From positions 779-64,778 of IMG/VR virus record IMGVR_UViG_3300015063_000001: a stretch of DNA of 64,000 nt, one strand, 5' to 3'. Positions 8,222-15,328 of this stretch are shown here, piece by piece. Below the pieces are notes generated by a model. The model did not search any database. It had not been told where the DNA came from and saw only the letters and a list, made by a program, of their open reading frames with translations. A program made the translations under genes and the position numbers. Source of the stretch: a virus. The stretch's first letter is position 1, and each line of letters opens with the position of its first letter.

Positions 8222-8382
8222 GCAAGCGCAAGGCAAAGTCGACCGAGCCCGCCCGGCGCCGCGGTCGCCCGCTGGCGTCACAGGCCCATTTGTCGATCGA
8301 GCGGCGGAAGCCGTGGGTCGCCGCCGGCATGTCGCGCCGAACCTGGTACCGCAGGCAGGCCGAAAAGCTGAGCGGGAAATGA
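8218..8382 (+). CDS. small basic protein with KPW..GMSRRTWY HTH-like motif
   Basis: Manual translation MSKRKAKSTEPARRRGRPLASQAHLSIERRKPWVAAGMSRRTWYRRQAEKLSGK*; ATGA overlaps at both ends. Confidence 0.75.
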   Translation: MSKRKAKSTEPARRRGRPLASQAHLSIERRKPWVAAGMSRRTWYRRQAEKLSGK

Positions 8383-8675
8383 ACATGATCGAGCGCGTAG
8401 CGCGGGCTATCTGCAAAAGCCATGGCGGCGACCCCGACATGATCGTGGCTGGTGGCGAGCCTATACGGTGCCCGAATAACACCTACCTGGCCCCTCAGGA
8501 CGATGGCAAATTGAATGTGTTTCCGTTGTGGCACACTTACGCGATTGATGCTCTTGAAGCCGTTAGGGCAATGCGAGAGCCGACCAAAGAAATGGTCGAT
8601 GCTGGTTATACCATCTTCATCGGCCCATGCGAAAATGTCTGGCAGGCGATGATCGACGAGGCGTTGAAAGGGTAG
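8379..8675 (+). CDS. conserved phage hypothetical protein
   Basis: MNMIERVARAIC...AMREPTKEMVDAG...WQAMIDEAL is a common phage motif. Confidence 0.8.
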   Translation: MNMIERVARAICKSHGGDPDMIVAGGEPIRCPNNTYLAPQDDGKLNVFPLWHTYAIDALEAVRAMREPTKEMVDAGYTIFIGPCENVWQAMIDEALKG

Positions 8676-8678
8676 AAG

Positions 8679-8909
8679 ATGGCAACAGAAGCCGATCTGA
8701 CATTCTCCATCGCCAAGCTTGAACTATCGCCTGGCGATATCCTAGTGGTGAAGCATCCTCCGGACTATCCGAAGGGCCTGGTGGCGGACGGCTGCCAAAT
8801 GCTGAGCGGAATGGTTCCGGCCGGCGTCAAGGTTCTGGTTCTCCCGCCCAACGTCGACCTGTCAGTTCTCACAAAAGCGGAGATCGAGGCAAAGGAGATT
8901 GTGCCATGA
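8679..8909 (+). CDS. hypothetical protein
   Basis: SD-like AGGG upstream; LELSPGDILVV motif. Confidence 0.7.
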   Translation: MATEADLTFSIAKLELSPGDILVVKHPPDYPKGLVADGCQMLSGMVPAGVKVLVLPPNVDLSVLTKAEIEAKEIVP

Positions 8910-9187
8910 GTAGGGAAAATACCATCATACAAGAAAAATGGCGGCAAATAGTAACCCAACTTGGGGAAAATATTTACGGATCGCTGAACACTCCAGAGAT
9001 GATCGGGACCAATCTCGAGACGGGGTATTTGCTAATGTTTTTCAACGCCACAAACCATAATGGCAAAGCAACGGTTATTTCGTCAGAGACAGACAGAACA
9101 AGACTAAAAACGTTGCTGGAATGCGCAATCAAGGAAGTGAATGGGCCAAAGGCAACGATAGTTGAACCTGACAAATTCTCTAACTAA
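8906..9187 (+). CDS. hypothetical protein (AT-richer)
   Basis: ATGA-coupled ORF, 93 aa. Confidence 0.65.
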   Translation: MSRENTIIQEKWRQIVTQLGENIYGSLNTPEMIGTNLETGYLLMFFNATNHNGKATVISSETDRTRLKTLLECAIKEVNGPKATIVEPDKFSN

Positions 9188-9202
9188 CATCGGGGTAGTG
9201 CC

Positions 9203-9427
9203 ATGAGTGCGTTCCAGAATATGCTAGCCGACCGGATCGAGAAGTGTCTGCCGCCGGCAGACGCGCCGCACATCCCGCCAATCGATATCTATCGCATGGT
9301 GGATATCGGCTCGCCGGTCACCACGCGCCACGTCCTGCGGATGATGGAAGCCGCCGGCCGCGCGAGCTCGATTATCGTCAAAGGCCGCAACGGCATGCCG
9401 GCGAAGCACTGGCGAAAGCCAAAGTAG
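9203..9427 (+). CDS. hypothetical protein, possible winged helix
   Basis: 74 aa, GC3-rich. Confidence 0.65.
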   Translation: MSAFQNMLADRIEKCLPPADAPHIPPIDIYRMVDIGSPVTTRHVLRMMEAAGRASSIIVKGRNGMPAKHWRKPK

Positions 9428-9436
9428 GGACAGATC

Positions 9437-9625
9437 ATGACAACCGATGAACTCAAGGCGGCCTTCCCGGAAGGCTCAGTAGTCCTGCTGAAATCCGGCT
9501 CGCCCACCATGACAGTCGAGTGGGTTCGTAACGACGGGTTTGTTTCAGTTGCTTGGTTTAATGAACGCGAACTGATGCGCGATGCGTTCGACGCGAGCGA
9601 TTTAATCGTAGTCCACAAGGACTGA
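9437..9625 (+). CDS. DUF2158/YodC-like small protein
   Basis: GSVVLLKSGSPTMTVEWV...VAWFNE...DAF. Confidence 0.75.
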   Translation: MTTDELKAAFPEGSVVLLKSGSPTMTVEWVRNDGFVSVAWFNERELMRDAFDASDLIVVHKD

Positions 9626-9640
9626 AAACAGGAACCACCA

Positions 9641-10180
9641 ATGTCCTCAGTCACAGTAGACCTGGAAGACCTCAAGGCGCTTGTGTTCTACACCGGCGTT
9701 ATCAAGACGATCGAGGGCGTGTTGGCGTCACACCGGGCCGACCCATTTGTGCCGCCCGTCCTCGAGATTACCGCCGCGCACGATCGCCTTGCTGCGGCAA
9801 TGCGGAACGCCGAGCGGTCGACCGCCGACACGTTGATCGCGTGGGATGGCGAGCTCGACGCCGAAGAAACGCGGCTGCTCCGCGTGATCGATGAGGATGG
9901 CACTATGACACTGACCAGGGACGAAAAGGCGCCGGAGCCTGGTGAGCCGATGTCTGTTGCCGATCGCCTCGCGGCTAAGGGCTGCGTCATCATCGGCCAG
10001 CTTGTGAAGGGTATCCTATGGGCCGGCGATAAGCAGCCGACACTGGTGCCGGACCCGAGCGGCTTCCCGGTCAAGATCACGGGCCGCGGCCGGGAGAAAC
10101 TGGCGAAGATCAATCTCAACGTGAAATACAAGAAAACAGACGGGGCGATGAAAGACGCCCTTATAAATGAAGATCGATGA
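9641..10180 (+). CDS. hypothetical protein
   Basis: SD AGGA; 179 aa; GC3-rich. Confidence 0.75.
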   Translation: MSSVTVDLEDLKALVFYTGVIKTIEGVLASHRADPFVPPVLEITAAHDRLAAAMRNAERSTADTLIAWDGELDAEETRLLRVIDEDGTMTLTRDEKAPEPGEPMSVADRLAAKGCVIIGQLVKGILWAGDKQPTLVPDPSGFPVKITGRGREKLAKINLNVKYKKTDGAMKDALINEDR

Positions 10181-10214
10181 CCGGGAATGGCAGGATCCCT
10201 ACGGAGATCGGTTC

Positions 10215-10331
10215 ATGAACGATCTCGCCTACGGCCAAGGCGATGCCAGGTATTCAGGCGGTCTGTGGTGGCTTATTCCGGTTGTCCTGGTGCTCTACGC
10301 GGTCGGCGCATGGTATGGGCTGTATGACTGA
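10215..10331 (+). CDS. small single-pass membrane protein
   Basis: SD GGAG; MNDLAYGQGDARYSGGLWWLIPVVLVLYAVGAWYGLYD* (manual translation). Confidence 0.45.
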   Translation: MNDLAYGQGDARYSGGLWWLIPVVLVLYAVGAWYGLYD

Positions 10332-10497
10332 GCAACAAGACTTAGAACTGCCAAACGTTACCATCCTAACCGTCGCCACCTTCGACGACGAGATTCAGTA
10401 TGGTTTTAACAATCTGTGGATTGCGGTAAAGCGCAGCCCGCCATCTCCGGTCTATGAAAGACCGAAGATGTGGTGCGTGATTACAGAAAGCGAATGA
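10324..10497 (+). CDS. hypothetical protein
   Basis: MTEQQDLELPNVTIL...; overlaps the previous stop. Confidence 0.45.
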   Translation: MTEQQDLELPNVTILTVATFDDEIQYGFNNLWIAVKRSPPSPVYERPKMWCVITESE

Positions 10498-10506
10498 CCT
10501 CAGAAA

Positions 10507-10749
10507 TCAGGCCAACATGGGGAAGGCAGCCATCCCGAGCCGTAGCGTGTTGACGTGAATGCCGGCCATCCCGAGAAGGATCATCAGTATCCAAAGAACA
10601 ATAATCACCATAATGACGACCATGAGCACGCGGATAATGGTGCGGAACGGTTCGGCAAGAGGGACAAGAGCTAGAAGCTGCTGCGCGCCCCACCAAATGA
10701 CACCGAGAATGATACATGCGAATATGATTCCGATCAGCGTGCCAATCAT
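10507..10749 (-). CDS. two-helix integral membrane protein
   Basis: SD GGAG on the minus strand; MIGTLIGIIFACIILGVIWW...LAEPFRTIIRVLMVVIMVIIVLWIL. Confidence 0.75.
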   Translation of the reverse strand: MIGTLIGIIFACIILGVIWWGAQQLLALVPLAEPFRTIIRVLMVVIMVIIVLWILMILLGMAGIHVNTLRLGMAAFPMLA

Positions 10750-10912
10750 CGGTATCTCCATGATGAAACCTTGCCTCTAGCGGAACAATGCCGCGAATGC
10801 TAAAAAGTTCCATGGGTGTTAAACGGGCGTAAGGTGGACGGTCAACGCGGCGATTTTCCCGGTTTCCCGCCGCGGCACAACGAAACGGCAGACGAGGATC
10901 TGGCACTTTCCC

Positions 10913-11353
10913 ATGGCTATTAGAGAGATTATCCAAGGGCCGGACGACCGGCTACTGCAACCGTCCGCTCCGGTCGGTGAACTGACGGCCGACGTCCGGC
11001 GCGTCATCGATGATTTGATCGATACCAGATATCTAGGCCGTGGCGCCGCCTTAGCCGCGGTGCAAATCGGTGAACATATCCGCGTGGTGGTGACGGACCC
11101 AAAGCTGTTCTACGGCTTTAAGGGGATGATTAACCCGGAGATCATCAACCGCGGGAAGCAGATTGTCGAAGCGCTGGAGGGCTGCATGTCGATCCGGCAT
11201 GGGCGGCTGCGGTTCAAGGTGAAGCGCAACCAAGTCGTCACCATTAAATTCCGCGGCCTGGACGGCGGCGAGCACACCATAGTCGCCAAGGGCATGCCAG
11301 CGCGCCTCGCGCAGCACGAAATAGACCACCTCGACGGGAAGCTGATCGCGTGA
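10913..11353 (+). CDS. def: peptide deformylase
   Basis: Three PDF motifs: GAALAAVQIG, EGCMSI, QHEIDHLDG. Confidence 0.92.
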   Translation: MAIREIIQGPDDRLLQPSAPVGELTADVRRVIDDLIDTRYLGRGAALAAVQIGEHIRVVVTDPKLFYGFKGMINPEIINRGKQIVEALEGCMSIRHGRLRFKVKRNQVVTIKFRGLDGGEHTIVAKGMPARLAQHEIDHLDGKLIA

Positions 11354-11525
11354 CGAAAGGCAGCGAGACACAACATCAACAGCCGCTCACTATAGAATAT
11401 CTTATTTTGTCATTTGACAGGTACGAGCGCGCCTATCGTGATAGTATGTTTCAGGCGATGAACAACAATCTTTTCAGCAACAATCCAGGCGAGATTGAGC
11501 GCTGGGTTGACGATGGCGGCCGTGA

Positions 11526-13250
11526 ATGACGATCTCCGCCCCAGCCATAGCCAAGATAATTCCGGCCGAACGCCTCGCCGCCCTGCAGGCGATGGTCGCG
11601 GAATACAGTATCGCGGAAGAGCGGGAGCGCTGCGAAGACAACCTCTTGGAGTTTGTCCAAGGTGCATGGTCGAGCATTGATAGCGGAGAATTTGTATCAT
11701 CGTGGACATTGGGCGCCATGTGCGACCATCTGGAGGCATTAACTCTAGGGCATATCCCTAGACTCCTTATCAACGTGCCCCCAAGGTGCTCTAAGACGAG
11801 CTTGGTTTCTATTATTTATCCGGCATGGACTTGGGCGAGATCGGAAATATCATTTCTGAGCGGGCCACAGGTGCGGTTCCTCTGCGCCAGCTATAACCAT
11901 TCGCTGTCATTGGACAGTTCAAATAAATCACGTCGATTGTTGTTCAGTCCTTGGTTTCAAAAGTTATGGGCTGGCAAAATCATTCTACAGGCAGACCAAA
12001 ATACCAAAGCCGCATTTGATAATACTTCCGGCGGATCACGCATTACAACCTCTGTTGGAGGCAGTCTTATCGGGCTTGGCGGAGATATTCTTATTGGAGA
12101 TGATTTAAATAATACCGAACAGGTTGAATCTGAGGCTGACAGAACAAAGGTTGCAAGCTTCTGGAATGAATTTCACTCCACCCGTCTCAATGATCCGAAG
12201 CGAAGCGCCATAATCGTCGTGCAGCAAAGATTGCATGAAAGTGACGTTAGCGGAATGATACTCGATAGCGATGAGGATTGGACGCATCTTTGCTTGCCCA
12301 TGAGGCACGATGAACAGCGGCATTGCGTAACGGTTAGGCTCCCGCAATACGACAGTGATGAACCGTGGCAAGATCCTCGCACCAAAGAAGGCGAGTTGAT
12401 GTGGCCGGAACGGTTCGGCGAAATAGAAGTGCGGAAACTCGAGGCCGCACTCGGTCCCATAATGGCGAGCGGCCGGCTGCAGCAGTCACCGTCCCCGAAA
12501 GGCGGCGGCATTCTGAAGCGGGACTGGTGGCAACCATGGGACCAGGAGGAAGCCAAGCTCTACGGCCTGGAATGGTCCGGCGCCCTCAAGGAGTTTCCGC
12601 AGTTCGATCTCGTCGTCGGAAGCCTGGATACGTCCTACGGCGAAAAGCAGGAGAACGATTACAACGCATTGACGATCTGGGGTATCTGGATCGACCGCAA
12701 TAAAAACCGGCGCGCAATGCTGATGTTCGGCTGGCAGAAGCGGTTGCCACTCCACGGCAAAGTAGTCTCGGCTTATCCGACTGAGGCCAAGGTTAATTTC
12801 GAGCAGCGCCAGCGCGAGGCGTGGGGTCTAGTAGAATGGGTTGCTGACACCTGCAAGCGATACAAGGTGCGGCGCCTGTTGATCGAAGACAAAACCCGCG
12901 GTCGCGACGTTGCCAACGAAATCAATCGCCTCTACGCTCGGGAAAATTGGGGCGTCGAACTGATTAACCCGGTTGGGGATAAAGTCTCACGCACACATTC
13001 GATCGTGCCACTGTTTACCGACGGCGCTATCTGGGCACCTGACACACGATGGGCCGAAACGATTATCCAGCAATGTCAAAGCTTCCCGAAAGCGGATCAC
13101 GACGATCTTCATGATACGGTAACCCAGTACCTTAACTGGGCGCGTGATGGTGGGTTGCTGGTGCGCGCCGATGAGATGAGCGCGAGCATGCAGGAAGAGG
13201 CGGCCTACAAGCCGCAGGGGCAGTCGGTCGCGAGCATGTACGGGGTTTGA
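11526..13250 (+). CDS. terL: terminase large subunit
   Basis: Walker A region INVPPRCSKT, Walker B LIGDD, coupling motif VQQRLHESD, nuclease GSLDTSY and C-terminal FPKADHDDLHD. Confidence 0.95.
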   Translation: MTISAPAIAKIIPAERLAALQAMVAEYSIAEERERCEDNLLEFVQGAWSSIDSGEFVSSWTLGAMCDHLEALTLGHIPRLLINVPPRCSKTSLVSIIYPAWTWARSEISFLSGPQVRFLCASYNHSLSLDSSNKSRRLLFSPWFQKLWAGKIILQADQNTKAAFDNTSGGSRITTSVGGSLIGLGGDILIGDDLNNTEQVESEADRTKVASFWNEFHSTRLNDPKRSAIIVVQQRLHESDVSGMILDSDEDWTHLCLPMRHDEQRHCVTVRLPQYDSDEPWQDPRTKEGELMWPERFGEIEVRKLEAALGPIMASGRLQQSPSPKGGGILKRDWWQPWDQEEAKLYGLEWSGALKEFPQFDLVVGSLDTSYGEKQENDYNALTIWGIWIDRNKNRRAMLMFGWQKRLPLHGKVVSAYPTEAKVNFEQRQREAWGLVEWVADTCKRYKVRRLLIEDKTRGRDVANEINRLYARENWGVELINPVGDKVSRTHSIVPLFTDGAIWAPDTRWAETIIQQCQSFPKADHDDLHDTVTQYLNWARDGGLLVRADEMSASMQEEAAYKPQGQSVASMYGV

Positions 13251-13492
13251 TGATGGCGATCTCGGTTGGTCAGGTGCGAGACCTTTTGCTTCCTGGTCTT
13301 CGGGGCCATGCGATAACTTATGAAGCCATAGACGTTGCCCTCTATAGGGCGGCCTTTGATTTCACTCCTGCGGCCCCGCATATCTGGGTGCCTAAGCTAA
13401 CGGTGCCTGAGATCGCGGTTGCCACGGTTGGTGGTTTGCTGATCCGCAACCCGGTTGTCACCCGTCGTTTCTGGTCGGGGTGGTTATCGTAA
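13250..13492 (+). CDS. small protein whose N-terminus resembles the major capsid N-terminus
   Basis: TGATG coupling to terL; MAISVGQVRDLLLPGLRG versus capsid MAINVTAIRDLLLPGLRG. Confidence 0.8.
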   Translation: MMAISVGQVRDLLLPGLRGHAITYEAIDVALYRAAFDFTPAAPHIWVPKLTVPEIAVATVGGLLIRNPVVTRRFWSGWLS

Positions 13493-13690
13493 ATGGCCCG
13501 CTCGATCATGTGGCGCGTCCGCGTGAAGCGCGCGGTAGAGGACTGGGTCGAGGTGCCGGCACTCTCCGGCGCTGTGGCCGAGATCGAAGCGGCAAAGCTT
13601 CCGGGGGTAATCAGCGTGTTTGGAAAGTCTGCGGTTCGTGGGGACGAGGAAGCCGCGCCGAACCGGCCGGCTGGCGTCCGAGAGGAATAG
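13493..13690 (+). CDS. hypothetical protein
   Basis: Abuts the previous stop; 65 aa. Confidence 0.65.
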   Translation: MARSIMWRVRVKRAVEDWVEVPALSGAVAEIEAAKLPGVISVFGKSAVRGDEEAAPNRPAGVREE

Positions 13691-13693
13691 GCG

Positions 13694-13936
13694 ATGGGCT
13701 TAAATAGCGACGTCAAACCGATCGGACGCACGTCACGTTCTTTGATTTCTGGCATGTCCGAAAGAAATCGAATGGTGTTAAATCTTAGAGAAAGCGGAAT
13801 GTCGTATCGGCGTATATCCGATACAGTCTCGCGGCGGTGGCCGGATCTGCACATCTCGCGTGAGCAAGTAAGGCGGGTCATCAGGTTTTGGAAAGATGAC
13901 GTACCAGTGAAAACCAGCAAAGGAATCTCGCAATGA
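13694..13936 (+). CDS. HTH DNA-binding protein
   Basis: RNRMVLNLRESGMSYRRIS...HISREQVRRVI. Confidence 0.6.
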   Translation: MGLNSDVKPIGRTSRSLISGMSERNRMVLNLRESGMSYRRISDTVSRRWPDLHISREQVRRVIRFWKDDVPVKTSKGISQ

Positions 13937-14220
13937 GCGTCAACAACGGCGCGTCGGCCCTGCCGCCGCTCGCTATCGGCAATCCCTGCGTCCAGCTTTT
14001 GGAGCAACTGTTGGCCGAGGTGAGGGCCGGCAAGATTACGTCTGTGGCGGTCGTAGGTATTACGCCGACAGCCGGCGCCGCGGCGATCTGGGCTGGCGCA
14101 CAGATTGGCGAACTCTACGTTGGAACCGGCATGCTGAGCCGGCGCATGCTGGCCGCCATCGAGGGCCAGCCGGCGCAGCCCGCGCGGTCGTCGATCATCC
14201 CGGCCCGCTTCCAGGGATAA
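13933..14220 (+). CDS. hypothetical protein
   Basis: SD AAGGA; ATGA overlap. Confidence 0.75.
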   Translation: MSVNNGASALPPLAIGNPCVQLLEQLLAEVRAGKITSVAVVGITPTAGAAAIWAGAQIGELYVGTGMLSRRMLAAIEGQPAQPARSSIIPARFQG

Positions 14221-14223
14221 CCA

Positions 14224-14397
14224 ATGGGCCGGCCGCGCAGTCCGTGCCAGGAGTGCGGACGGCCGGTGGTGACGTTTAGGCGCGGCCGCGTTGTCAGGCC
14301 CAGGGAAGATCATGACCTCTGCCTGAAATGCTGGCGCGCATCGCGCGAACGAGAGCAACAATCTCAAATAGTGGATAGAGACGATGATCCTAAATAG
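14224..14397 (+). CDS. small zinc-finger protein
   Basis: Manual translation MGRPRSPCQECGRPVV...DLCLKCWRASRE...*. Confidence 0.5.
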   Translation: MGRPRSPCQECGRPVVTFRRGRVVRPREDHDLCLKCWRASREREQQSQIVDRDDDPK

Positions 14398-15103
14398 TTC
14401 TGCTGAGAAAATGTGCTATACGTGTTCAAGGGTTCTCTCTTTAGATAATTTTCATAAAGATCGCTCGCATAAGGATGGTCTTCGTACCAAATGCATGGAA
14501 TGTGTCTTTGAATACAATCACGCTAGGAAAGACAGATTTAGTGCCTTGGCTCGGTTCAATAGGAAAAGTAGGAAACAGTTTTTTGAAGACAGAAAATGTG
14601 ATACCTGCGGGACTATATTTAGTCCCGTCAGTCCAATTCAAATTTATTGCAGTGTGAAGTGCAGAGGTAGTTCTGTTAACGCGAAAGAATACTCAAAACA
14701 AAGACGACGTTCATATATCGAAGAAGGTAAATGTATTATCTGCGCCAAGCAGATAGATGGCGGTGGCCATAAAAATAAATGCTCAGTATGCGCGGAAAAG
14801 AGCCGCATTGCCTCAAGGGATTTTTACAGAGATCAAAGAGTAAAAGTTCTTTTGATGTACGGAGGAAAGTGTGTCTGTTGTGGTGAAGCAGAGTTGAACT
14901 TTCTATCTCTCGACCATATAAATAATGATGGTGCGGCCCATAGAAAACTAGTGAGGGCTGGAAGCCAGATGAATAAATATGTGCTTAAAAATCACCCAAA
15001 GGACATCCAAATTCTCTGCTTTAATTGTAACATGGCAAAAGGATTCTTTGGCATTTGTCCGCATCAAAGACCAAAACCGAAGTTAGTTTGCGAGGAAGCC
15101 TAG
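14384..15103 (+). CDS. HNH homing endonuclease with multiple zinc ribbons
   Basis: YGGKCVCCGE...LSLDHINNDG...QILCFNCNMAK; several CxxC pairs; AT-rich. Confidence 0.85.
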   Translation: MILNSSAEKMCYTCSRVLSLDNFHKDRSHKDGLRTKCMECVFEYNHARKDRFSALARFNRKSRKQFFEDRKCDTCGTIFSPVSPIQIYCSVKCRGSSVNAKEYSKQRRRSYIEEGKCIICAKQIDGGGHKNKCSVCAEKSRIASRDFYRDQRVKVLLMYGGKCVCCGEAELNFLSLDHINNDGAAHRKLVRAGSQMNKYVLKNHPKDIQILCFNCNMAKGFFGICPHQRPKPKLVCEEA

Positions 15104-15106
15104 GCC

Positions 15107-15328
15107 ATGAAGAGAACGCCAGTGAAAAGTAGTAATATCAGTGAGGTTGGATTCGACCCTGATACCAGTACGCTTGCTGTTTTGTATAAAAACGGCACCC
15201 TCTATCACTACGCCGGCGTCGACGCCGACAAACACGCCGCTCTGTTAAAGGCCCCCTCGATTGGCGGGTTTGTTCATGCTAACGTAAAAGGCGTGCACAA
15301 ACACACCAAGGTTGATTCGGGAACCTGA
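15107..15328 (+). CDS. KTSC domain protein
   Basis: VKSSNISEVGFDPDTSTLAVLYKNGTLYHYAGV...APSIGGF. Confidence 0.9.
   Translation: MKRTPVKSSNISEVGFDPDTSTLAVLYKNGTLYHYAGVDADKHAALLKAPSIGGFVHANVKGVHKHTKVDSGT

Noticed and set aside
11405-11450. Promoter in front of terL
   Set aside because: TTGACA is present, but no -10 box at an acceptable spacing.
11526-13250. Intein in terL
   Set aside because: Length is normal at 574 aa, and there are no C...HN/S splice motifs.
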